Assembly (NCBI GenBank): GCA_963764715.1
Contig: CAVXTP010000006.1
Span: 452,062-516,061 of the forward strand
Direction: 5' to 3'
Length of the DNA stretch: 64,000 nt
Source of the DNA: an uncultured Acidobacteriota bacterium
GTDB lineage: Bacteria > Acidobacteriota > Thermoanaerobaculia > UBA5066 > Gp7-AA6
The first letter of the stretch is position 1. The number at the start of each line of letters is the position of its first letter. Under the pieces are notes generated by a model. It did no database searches. It was not told the DNA's origin and saw only the letters and a program-made list of their open reading frames with translations. Below are positions 10,188 to 19,311 of this stretch, in pieces. Made by a program: the position numbers and the translations under genes.

Positions 10188-11895
10188 TTACCTCAACCCC
10201 TCCGCCCCCTTCGTCAGCCGCGTCAGTCCCGTCCCGTCCGCGTTCATGACCCACACGTCGTGGACGCCGCCCGTCTGGCCGGAGAAGAGGATCCGCCTGC
10301 CGTCCGGCGACCAGCCGGCCTGCGACCAGACGTCCATGCCGTGCGTCAGGCGCCGTGACGGTCCCCGAAGCGACCTCCAGCCGGTAGAGATCGCGGCCTC
10401 CGTCCCGCGTCGAGACGAACGCGATCGAGCGACCGTCGGGCGAAAACGCCGGCGTCTCGTCGGTCGCCGCGCTTGCCGGGAGCGGCGAGACGGCCCCGGA
10501 GGCGAGGTCGAAGAGGTAGAGCTGGTTCCGCACGTCGCGGTCGGCGAAGAAGGCGAGCGTGCGGTCGTCGGGGCTCCAGCTCGGCACCTGGCTCGACCAG
10601 GCGTTCGACGTCAGCCGCCGCACGTTGCGGCCGTCGAGATCGGCGACGTACAGCTCCCAGTGAAACCTGTCGTTCGCGAGGGTCCCGCGCTGGAACGCGA
10701 ATCGGCGCCCGTCGCGCGACGGGACCGGCACGCCGTCGAAGCCCGGGCCGCCGACCAGGCGCTTCGGATTCGAGCCGTCGGCATCCATCACGTAGAGGTC
10801 GACCTTCCCCTCGGCGCTCCAGTCGCGCGGCGACTGGAAGAGGATGCGTTTCCCGTCGCGGGTGTACTGCGGGTGAGCGTCGCGTCCGGGGCTCCACGTC
10901 AGGCGCCGCGCATCCGACCCGTCGGCGGCCATCGTGTAGACCTCCCAGTCGCCGTCGCGCGTCGAGGAGAAGACGATGCGGCTCCCGTCCGGCGACCACT
11001 GGGGAAAGGAGTTGTCGTAGGCGGCGTTGGTCACCTGCCGCCGGTTGCCGCCGTCGGCGTCCATGACGAAGATCTCGAAGCGGCCTCCCGGTTCGTCGGA
11101 GTAGTAGGCGATCCGGGTCCCGTCGGGGGACCAGGCGAGCTCGTACTCGGTCGCGGCGTCCCGCGTGAGATTGCGGGGGTTCGACCCGTCGCGGTCCATC
11201 ACGAATATCTCGGCGTTGCCCTCGCGCTCGCTGAAGAAGGCGATCCGGCGCCCGTCCGGCGACATCTCGGCGGCCCCGTCCGCGGCCTTGTCGGTCGTGA
11301 GGCGGCGGGGAACGCCCCCCTCCGCGGACACGATCCAGACGTCCTGGTTGTCGCCGTGCTTCCCGGTGAAGAGGATCTCCTTGCCGTCCGGTGTCCAGGA
11401 CGCGTGGCCGTCGCCGCCGGGGCTCGTCGTGAGCCGCCGCGGGTTCGACCCGTCGGCGTCGCAGACGTAGACCTCGCCGTCGCCGTCCCGGTCGGAATCG
11501 AACGCGATCCTCCGTCCGTCGGGCGACCAGGCCGGATGCCGCGCGAATTCCTCGCCCGCCGAGTCGCCGCGGTCGGTCAGCCGCTTCTCGCCCGTCCCGT
11601 CGGGGCGGATCCGGTAGAGGTTCCAGAACCCGTCGCGGTTGGAGTCGAAGAGGATCCACTGCCCGTCCGGCGACCAGGCCGGGTGCGTGTCTTCGCCGCC
11701 GCTCCGGGTCAGGCGGCGCTCCCCGCTCCCGTCCGCTCCGATGACGTAGAGCTGCGTCCGGCCGTGCCGCTCGCTCTGGAAGACGAGCCACCGGCCGTCG
11801 GGAGACCAGGAAGGATTGATGTCGAGGAAATTGGGCGAGGGCGCGGGGGACGCGGCCGCGGCGAGAGCGAGGAGTCCGGCGGCCAGGGTCGGCAT
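10188..11895 (-). CDS. TolB-like PD40/WD40-repeat beta-propeller protein (frameshift near 10350)
   Basis: Signal peptide [14 protein letters not shown] followed by about 12 repeats of PxWSPDGxxIxFxSxRxG. Confidence 0.85.
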
Positions 11896-11903
11896 GCGGG
11901 GAC

Positions 11904-12224
11904 CTACTTCGAGGGCGGGAGGCTCGCGAGCCACCGCTCCACGGCTTCGCGGTCGGCCCCCTTGAGCCGCTTCAGGACACCGGGAGCGTGGCCCGAGATG
12001 GTCTCCGGCCGGTCGAAGGGCAGCTTCGAGTACATCTTGCCTCCCGGCTCGTGACAGGGCGCGCACTTTCCGGCGAGCAAGGGGCGGATAGTCGAGGCGA
12101 AGGCGTCCGTCTTCGCGGCCGCCTCCGGCGCGCCCCCGGCCGGCGGTTTCGGTGACTGCGCGACGTTCCAGATCCCGATCGGCAGGCCGAGCAGGACCAC
12201 TCCCGCGAGCATCCCGGCCCTCAT
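11904..12224 (-). CDS. Small monoheme c-type cytochrome-like protein
   Basis: Hydrophobic N-terminus and CAPCH (CxxCH) motif. Confidence 0.6.
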   Translation of the reverse strand: MRAGMLAGVVLLGLPIGIWNVAQSPKPPAGGAPEAAAKTDAFASTIRPLLAGKCAPCHEPGGKMYSKLPFDRPETISGHAPGVLKRLKGADREAVERWLASLPPSK

Positions 12225-12282
12225 CGCGGCATCCGGTTCATCGGACCTCCCCTCCGGAAAACGAGATTGGGGCGGACGGCGC

Positions 12283-12345
12283 CCCTCTCGTCCTTCGGCC
12301 GCCCCTCCGCCGGGACCTTTCGTCCCAACAGATACGGTTCTCGTC
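12283..12345 (+). promoter_or_regulatory. Putative LytTR-binding direct repeats
   Basis: ccctctcgtc (12283), acctttcgtc (12315), ggttctcgtc (12336); spacings 32 and 21 bp; middle copy matches the AlgR site ACCGTTCGTC at 9/10. Confidence 0.45.
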
Positions 12346-12484
12346 CTCGAACGGGACTCGAGTTCCGCTTTTTGAACCCGACGTCCGGAAAACTGGGCCG
12401 AAATGACCCGGCATATCGATGTAACTCCTTTCGTTCCTTTACGTATCAGCCCATGCGGCGTTGCAGAAAAAGAGGAGGGTGGGC

Positions 12485-13252
12485 ATGAAAATCCGGACCC
12501 TGATCGTCGACGACGAGCCACTCGCCCGCGAGTGGGTTCGCAACGGACTCCAGGACGAGGCGGACATCGAGATCATCGGTGAGTGCGGCGACGGTTTCGA
12601 GGCCGTCAAGGCGATCACCGAGATGAAGCCGCAGCTCGTCCTGCTCGACGTGCAGATGCCGGGCCTCGACGGGTTCGGCGTGCTCGCGAGCTGCGACCCG
12701 CAGGACCTGCCGGCCGTCATCTTCGTGACCGCCTTCGACCGCTACGCCCTCAAGGCCTTCGAGGCCCACGCCGTCGACTACCTCATGAAGCCCTTCTCGA
12801 GCGAGCGGCTGCACGCCGCCGTCGAGCGCGCCCGCGGCGAGATCGACAAGAGCTCCTCGCGGCAGCTCAAGGCCACGCTCCACGCGCTCCTCGAGGACAT
12901 CCAGCGCGAGCGCGCGTACCCCGAGTGGCTCCTCATCAAGAAGGACGAGCGGAGCGTCTTCCTGCGGGTCGCCGACGTCGACTGGATCGAGTCCTCGCGC
13001 AACAACGTGCGACTCCACGTCGGCAAGGAGGTCTACGTCTTCCACGAGACGACCTCGGGCATCGAGTCGCGGCTGGACCCGAAGAGGTTCTTCCGCATCC
13101 ACCGCTCGACGATCGTCAACATCGAGCGGATCAAGGAAATGCACCCCTGGTTCAACGGCGACTACGCGGTGACGCTGAAGGACGGCACGAAGCTGACGCT
13201 CTCGAGCACCTACCGGGAGCGGCTCAAGGAGTTCCGCCGGCTGGCGGTCTAG
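12485..13252 (+). CDS. LytTR-family response regulator
   Basis: REC domain (IVDDEPLAR, LDVQMP, FVTAFD, KP) plus LytTR domain (FFRIHRSTIVN). Confidence 0.95.
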   Translation: MKIRTLIVDDEPLAREWVRNGLQDEADIEIIGECGDGFEAVKAITEMKPQLVLLDVQMPGLDGFGVLASCDPQDLPAVIFVTAFDRYALKAFEAHAVDYLMKPFSSERLHAAVERARGEIDKSSSRQLKATLHALLEDIQRERAYPEWLLIKKDERSVFLRVADVDWIESSRNNVRLHVGKEVYVFHETTSGIESRLDPKRFFRIHRSTIVNIERIKEMHPWFNGDYAVTLKDGTKLTLSSTYRERLKEFRRLAV

Positions 13253-13268
13253 ACCGCCGCCCAGTTTC

Positions 13269-14522
13269 ATGACGACGGCGGCGGCACACACACGGATCTC
13301 GATCGTCCGGGAGGCCTCCGAAGCCTCCCGCGACGCCGGGGCTTCCGTTTCCTTCCCGCCGCCCTCCCACGCGATCCTCACGGGGCCGCATACGGCGCCG
13401 GGCCGGCTGCCGGTGTCGCGCCGCGCGCTCGAGATCTTCGTCGTCTGGACGGTCGTCGGCCTGTTCATCGCGGCGCAGCGCTATCTCCGCGGCCCGTCGC
13501 TCCAGCCGCGGCTCGCCCTGCCGCTCGCCGAGTCCCTCGCCGCGAGCCTCGTCACGGCGTATCTCTGGGCGGTCCTGACCCCCGGGATCATGCGGCTCGC
13601 CCGCCGCTTCCGGCCGCGCCAGGGCCGGCGTCTCGCGACGGTCCCCGTCCTCCTCGTCGCCGGCGCCGGCGCGGCGCTCCTGCACCTGCTCGCGACCAAC
13701 GTCTTCTGGCATTTCGTCGACCCGCCCGAGTTCGGCGGCGGGTTCGCGGCCATGTTCGCGGCGACGCTCGCCTTCGGCGGCGCGGCGCGCCTGGCGACCT
13801 ACATCGGGATCGTCGGCGTGACCTGGGGCATCGACGACTACCGCACCTACCGCGAGAAGGAGCTCCAGGCCTCGGAGCTCGAGCGCGAGCTCGTCCAGAC
13901 GCAGCTCGAGGCCCTGAAGCTGCGGCTCCACCCTCCCTTTCTCTTCAACACGCTCGCGACGATCCTTCCTCTGATCCGGACCGAGCCCCGCGCGGCGGCG
14001 CGGACGGTCGTCCAGCTCGGCGACATCCTGCGGCTGGCGCTCCACAACGACGCGACGGGGCTCGTTCCGCTGAAGACCGAGCTCGAGTACATCCGCCTCT
14101 ACCTCCAGATCGAGCAGACCCGTCTCCAGGACCGGCTCGAGGTGCGCTTCGCGATCGCCCCCGAGGCGCTCGACGCCGCCGTGCCGAACCTGATCCTGCT
14201 GCCGCTCGCCGAGAGCGCGATCGCCAACGGCATCTCCGTGCGGCCGGGCCGCGCCGCGATCGAGATCCGCGCCAGGCCCGACGACGGCGGCCTGCACCTC
14301 GAGGTGCACGAGTCCGCCCTCGACGCCGCGGAGGTTCCGGCCGCCGTCCCGATCGACGATTCGTTCGTCCGCAAGACGAAGCTGCGGCTGGAGCTGCTCT
14401 ACCCGGGCAGGCATCGCATCGCCATTTCCGACCGGCTCGAGAAAGGCCACGAAGTCTCGATCACGCTGCCGCTCGAGCCGGCCTCGCCCGCGGCCGCGCG
14501 GCCGGCCGGGGTGACCGCATGA
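13269..14522 (+). CDS. LytS-type membrane histidine kinase homolog with degenerate catalytic motifs
   Basis: About 4 TM helices, then LHPPFLFNTL and LYLQIEQTRLQDRL; N and G boxes degenerate. Confidence 0.85.
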   Translation: MTTAAAHTRISIVREASEASRDAGASVSFPPPSHAILTGPHTAPGRLPVSRRALEIFVVWTVVGLFIAAQRYLRGPSLQPRLALPLAESLAASLVTAYLWAVLTPGIMRLARRFRPRQGRRLATVPVLLVAGAGAALLHLLATNVFWHFVDPPEFGGGFAAMFAATLAFGGAARLATYIGIVGVTWGIDDYRTYREKELQASELERELVQTQLEALKLRLHPPFLFNTLATILPLIRTEPRAAARTVVQLGDILRLALHNDATGLVPLKTELEYIRLYLQIEQTRLQDRLEVRFAIAPEALDAAVPNLILLPLAESAIANGISVRPGRAAIEIRARPDDGGLHLEVHESALDAAEVPAAVPIDDSFVRKTKLRLELLYPGRHRIAISDRLEKGHEVSITLPLEPASPAAARPAGVTA

Positions 14523-15729
14523 GCGCGGCCTTTCCGTTCCGCGAGCTTCCCCGCGCGGCGCGGGGCGAACGCTGGCGGGCGGCCCTCTGGGTGCTCGCGG
14601 CCTGGACGCTCGTCGGCCTCTTCCGCGCGGCCGACCGCTACTTCAGCGACCCGTTCCAGCTCCAGCGGCTGGAGTTCGGACTGTGGGAGGCGCTGGCGCA
14701 GAGCCTGCTGGCCTCGACCATCTGGGCCGTCTTCACGCCCGCCGTCGTTTGGCTCGCGCGCCGGTGCCCGCCGACCCGCAGCCGGTGGGCGCTCCCGATC
14801 GCGGGCCTGCTCGCGGGAGGAATCGTCTTCCCGGTCGCTCACTGCGCCGTCTACCAGGTCGCCTATCCGCTCCTGATGGGCTTCCCGCTCGTTCTGACGA
14901 CGCAGTTCGCGGCGCTTCCGTCGATGCTCCGCGTCCTCTTCCCGACGCACTTCGTGACCTACGCCGCGATCGTCGGGGCGACCTGGGCCCTGTCCTACGG
15001 GCGGCTGACGCGGGAGCGGGAGCTGCGCGCCTCGCAGGTCAAGACGCGGCTGCTGTCGGCCCGCCTCGAGGCCCTGAAGATGCAGCTCCACCCGCACTTT
15101 CTCTTCAACACGTTGAACAGCATCCTGCCGCTGGTCTTCCGGGACCGCGAGGCCGCGTGCCGCACGGTCGTGCGCCTGGCGGACCTGCTCCGCATGTCGC
15201 TCCAGAACGAGGGAAACGACGTGATTCCGCTCCGCAAGGAGCTCGAGCTCCTGCAGGTCTACCTCGAGATCCAGCAGACGCGCTTCCAGGATCGCCTGAC
15301 CGTCAAGCTCGACGTCGAGCCCGGCGTCGCCGACGCGCTCGTCCCCAACCTGATCCTCCAGCCCCTCGTCGAGAACGCGATCAAGCACGGGATCGCCGCA
15401 CGGCCCGGCTCCGGCCGGATCGAGGTCCATGCGCGGCGCGACGGCGGCGAGCGACTGCACCTGTTGGTGCGCGACGACGGCCCCGGTCCGAGCGGCGTCG
15501 CCCCCCGGCCGAACGAGGGCGGCGTCGGCCTGCGGAACACGCGCGACCGGCTCGAGCTCCTCTACCCGGACCGCCACGACTTCGAGTTCCGGGGCGCGCG
15601 CCGGCCGCGGCTGCGAGGTCTCGCTGACCTTCCCGCTCGTCATGGCGTCGGCGCCGGCGCCCCGCGCCCCGCCGCCCGGCGTCGACGGGCGCCGCCGCGG
15701 CTCGACCGAGGCTCGCTCCCAGCGCATGA
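14519..15729 (+). CDS. LytS-type membrane histidine kinase (frameshift near 15600; end approximate)
   Basis: LHPHFLFNTLNSI, QPLVENAIKHG, DDGPG, GVGLRNTRDRL. Confidence 0.9.
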
Positions 15730-16910
15730 ACGCTCTGCGTCGTTTCGCCGCGTTCGCCGTCCTGCTCGGGCTCGCCGTGTCGGCGGCCGTCGCGGCCGGC
15801 CCGGGCTCGCCCTACGCGCGGGCGATCGAAGAGTCGAACGCGATGCTCGACCAGGTCCTCCAGCTCTACCCCGGCACGGCTGTCGCCGTCGCCGTCGGAA
15901 ACGAGATCGTCTGGTCGACGGCCTTCGGATTCTCCGACGTCGAGCGGCAACGCAAGGTCTCCCGTTCGACGCAGTTCCGGATCTACGAGGTCGCGATGCC
16001 GCTGACGGCGACCGTGATGGAGCGGCTGTCGCAGGAGGGCCGGTTCGACATCGACGCTCCCCTCCAGAAATACCTCCCGGACCTGCCCGAGACGCGGGTG
16101 CCCGTCACGGCGCGCGCCCTCGCGAGCCACCTGGCCGGGGCCGGCGACTTCGCCGAGGACGAGAGCCTGCCCGCGCCCTGCTCCGGCGCGCGGGACGCGG
16201 TCCGAACGCTTTCCGGCCGGGTCTTCATCCGCCCCGCGGGCCTCGGCCACTCGATGTCGCGCAAGGGCTACCTGCTCCTCTCGGCGGCGATGGAGGCCGC
16301 GACCGGGAAGCGCTTCTCGGAGCTTCTGAACGAGACCGTCGCGTGGCCGGCCGGCATGAGCTCGACGATGGCCGACGATCCGCAGCGGTTCCTGCCCGGC
16401 CGGTCGCTCTTCTACGAGCGGGGATTCCTGGGCCTCCTGCGCGCCGCCCGCCCGGTCGACACGAGCTGCCTCTGGGGCGGCGGCGGCTACGTCTCGACGA
16501 CCGAGGACCTCGTCCGCTTCGGCGCGGCGCTTCTGCGCGGCGAGATCCTGCGCGGCGACGCCCTGGAGGCGATGTTCACGCCCCAGCGGACCCGCAACGG
16601 CGTCGAGACCGGCTACGGTCTGGGCTGGTACGTCGAGAGGGACTCGCGCGGCCGCCGCTACGTCTGGCACGGCGGCCGGGGCGTCGGAGGCCGGAGCGCC
16701 ATCGTCATCGTTCCGCACGCGCGCCTCGTGACGGTCATGCTCTCGAACATCGAGGGCGAGCGGCTCGACGAGCACGCCCGACGCATCACCGCCTTTTTCC
16801 TGGAGGCCGTCGAGACCTCCGGCGTCTCTCCGGACCTCGTGCGCGCCACGGGCCCGGGCAAGCCCTCGCCGCCGTTCGCGTATCGCGCCGTCCCCGCTCC
16901 GGGCGAGTGA
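15726..16910 (+). CDS. Secreted beta-lactamase-fold (serine hydrolase family) protein, catalytic motifs absent
   Basis: Signal peptide, AFGFSDVE..STQFRI, LASHLAG, GGGYVSTTEDLVRF, YGLGW, WHGG. Confidence 0.82.
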   Translation: MNALRRFAAFAVLLGLAVSAAVAAGPGSPYARAIEESNAMLDQVLQLYPGTAVAVAVGNEIVWSTAFGFSDVERQRKVSRSTQFRIYEVAMPLTATVMERLSQEGRFDIDAPLQKYLPDLPETRVPVTARALASHLAGAGDFAEDESLPAPCSGARDAVRTLSGRVFIRPAGLGHSMSRKGYLLLSAAMEAATGKRFSELLNETVAWPAGMSSTMADDPQRFLPGRSLFYERGFLGLLRAARPVDTSCLWGGGGYVSTTEDLVRFGAALLRGEILRGDALEAMFTPQRTRNGVETGYGLGWYVERDSRGRRYVWHGGRGVGGRSAIVIVPHARLVTVMLSNIEGERLDEHARRITAFFLEAVETSGVSPDLVRATGPGKPSPPFAYRAVPAPGE

Positions 16911-16942
16911 CCCGCGGACCTGCTGCTATCATCCGGGCGCCG

Positions 16943-17851
16943 ATGATTCGCGCGCTCAAGAAGCTTGTTCCTCGCTCGTTCAAGGAACAGATCAAGAGGG
17001 ACATCGAGAAGACGGCGCTCGGCGCCCTGCCGCCCCGGCCGGCCTTCGAGACCCCTCAGCAGGAAATCCAGGCCCTGACCGCGCGCGTGGCCGACCTCGA
17101 GGCGGCCGTCGGCCAGCAGCACACCATCCTCTGGCGCGAGACGGGCGCCGCCCCGCCGCCGCCGCGCCACATGCAGGTCCGGACCGTCGGCGGATACGTC
17201 CCCGGCTACCTCGAGAGCGGATATGCCATCTGCGACGACCTCGACGCCGCGCTCAAGGTCGCCGGCCGGGACCTCTCCTCCTTCTCCCGCCTCCTCGACT
17301 ACGGATGCGGCTGCGGCCGGACGACGCGAGCCCTCAAGACCCGTTTCCCGGAGGCGGAGGTCCACGGCACCGACATCGACCCCGAGGCGATCGCGTGGCT
17401 CGCGCGGAACTGCTCGCGCTTCGGCGAGTTCCGGCTGGCCCCGCACCAGCCGCCGCTGCCCTACCCGGAAGCGTTCTTCGACTTCATCGTCGGCATCAGC
17501 GTGTTCACGCACCTCCCCGAGGACATGCAGTTCGCGTGGCTCGAGGAGCTGCGGCGCATCACGAAGCCCGGGGGCCTCCTGATCCTGACGACGAGCGGCA
17601 AGAAGAACTACGTCGGTCTTCCGCCGGAGCTGCTTCGCGTCGTCGAGGAGCGCGGGTTCTGCTACGTCGACGGCGGGTACGGGCAGAGCATCAACCTCCC
17701 CGCGTTCTACCAGAACACCTTCCACACGCCCGACTACGTGCGCCAGAACTGGAGCCGGTACTTCGAGGTGCTGGACATCCAGGAAACGCGGATGCAGAAC
17801 CACCAGGACACGGTGCTGCTCCGCAACTCCGCCGCCTCAGTCCGCGGCTGA
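16943..17851 (+). CDS. Class I SAM-dependent methyltransferase with short N-terminal coiled coil
   Basis: LLDYGCGCGR, GTDID, ISVFTHL, LRRITKPGG. Confidence 0.88.
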   Translation: MIRALKKLVPRSFKEQIKRDIEKTALGALPPRPAFETPQQEIQALTARVADLEAAVGQQHTILWRETGAAPPPPRHMQVRTVGGYVPGYLESGYAICDDLDAALKVAGRDLSSFSRLLDYGCGCGRTTRALKTRFPEAEVHGTDIDPEAIAWLARNCSRFGEFRLAPHQPPLPYPEAFFDFIVGISVFTHLPEDMQFAWLEELRRITKPGGLLILTTSGKKNYVGLPPELLRVVEERGFCYVDGGYGQSINLPAFYQNTFHTPDYVRQNWSRYFEVLDIQETRMQNHQDTVLLRNSAASVRG

Positions 17852-19279
17852 GGCGGGCGAGGCCGCCGCGCGCGGCCGCGCCAGCACGCTCGCCGTCCAG
17901 CCGACGCCGGCGACGATCAGGACGTCGACCATCGCGTGGAAGACGAAGAGGTGTCGCGTCAGGTCCGCGAGATTGTCGGCGAAGACGCAGACGGCGAACT
18001 CGAGCCCCGCCATCAGGGCCAGCACCGCCAGAGCCTCGCCGAGCAACCGGCGGGATCCACCGGCCCGACGCGCCGAGAGACCGAGAGCCAGGCTGCCGGC
18101 GAGCACCACGGCGAGCACGCCGAGCCCGTAGCGTCCGGGCAGCGACCGCAGCGAGCTCCAGGCGCCGAAGCTCCGGCTCAGCTCCCGGGCGCGGCGTCCC
18201 GAGGCCTGCTCGAAGTTGCCGAGGCCGGCCGGCCGGATCCGGAGCGCGCGCTGGCCCGCCCGCTGCAGCCGGAGCCCGAGCCGGTCCGGGTGAGTCAGGT
18301 AGAAGCGAGCGATCGCCCCGAATCCCACCCGGTCGTAGAACCGGGAGCGAAAGTCGGGCAGCGCGAGAGGCGCGTCGGGCGCGTAGGCGCTGCGGCCGAC
18401 GTACTGGAGCAGGCCCGGATCGAGGCCCAGGTCCTTCAGGTCCTGTTCCGGCGCCGGCGAAGTCCTCAGCAGCTCCATGAAGACGGTGTCGTAGAGGCCG
18501 ACCTCGCGGATGTCCTTCTCGGGGCTCCGGCCGTAGTACACGACGGCGAGCGCACAGAGCCCGGCGCCGAGCCAGAGCGCCGGCGACCGCACGAGGGCCC
18601 ATCCCCGCGCCGGCTGGAGGCGAACGGCGAGGAGCGCGAGGAGCGGCGCCTGGAGGCTCTCCTGGGGTTTCGAGCACACGAAGAGCGCCGCGCAGGCGAA
18701 GAACGCCGGCACGAGCCATCCGGAGAGGCCGCCGCGGCGGACGGCGAGGGCGGCCACGCCGGCCGTCAACAGGAAAAAGAGCAGCGACGACACCTGCGGG
18801 TAGAGCGAGTTGAAGGCGGCGGCGTAGCCGACGTCCGTCCAGACGAAGACGCAGAGGATCCGAACCACCCACCGGGGCACCGGCGCCAGTCGGTCGGTCG
18901 CCACCGTCGCCGCCGCCAGGAACAGCAGCAGCAGCAACGCGTGCACGGCGGCGAGGACCCGGATGTCGAAGACCCGATCGCGGCCGGCCGCGCGGCTGGC
19001 GGAGAGCGCCGCGGCGACGAGGAGGGACTCGGACGTCGGATACTCCCCCCGGGCGACCCACGGCTCGCCGATCGGGAAAGTTCGCAGCATCCAGTTCCAG
19101 TAGCGCTCGGAGTAGACCTCGGTCGGGTACTGAAGCCCCGCGGGCGCCATCACGCGGGAAAAGTCGCCGTTGTCCGCGAGGCCCACGATCGGCTCGACGA
19201 AGAGCTGCACGGCGAGCGCCGCAGCCGCAAAGATGACCACGAGGACGACGTCCCGGACCGTGCTCGAGCGGCGCACCAC
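17837..19279 (-). CDS. Polytopic membrane protein, WsfD-like putative glycan transferase
   Basis: N-terminal IVGLADNGDF motif, many TM helices, SKPQ motif, adjacent to a glycosyltransferase. Confidence 0.6.
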   Translation of the reverse strand: MVRRSSTVRDVVLVVIFAAAALAVQLFVEPIVGLADNGDFSRVMAPAGLQYPTEVYSERYWNWMLRTFPIGEPWVARGEYPTSESLLVAAALSASRAAGRDRVFDIRVLAAVHALLLLLFLAAATVATDRLAPVPRWVVRILCVFVWTDVGYAAAFNSLYPQVSSLLFFLLTAGVAALAVRRGGLSGWLVPAFFACAALFVCSKPQESLQAPLLALLAVRLQPARGWALVRSPALWLGAGLCALAVVYYGRSPEKDIREVGLYDTVFMELLRTSPAPEQDLKDLGLDPGLLQYVGRSAYAPDAPLALPDFRSRFYDRVGFGAIARFYLTHPDRLGLRLQRAGQRALRIRPAGLGNFEQASGRRARELSRSFGAWSSLRSLPGRYGLGVLAVVLAGSLALGLSARRAGGSRRLLGEALAVLALMAGLEFAVCVFADNLADLTRHLFVFHAMVDVLIVAGVGWTASVLARPRAAASPASAAD

Positions 19280-19311
19280 GCGAGCTTAGACCAGCGGGCC
19301 TCCCGCCGCGC

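Noticed and set aside
15429-16910. Fusion of kinase 2 C-terminus with the beta-lactamase-fold protein
   Set aside because: An ATGA overlap and a clear signal peptide at 15726 indicate a separate gene. The in-frame join probably reflects a further indel, though this is not proven.
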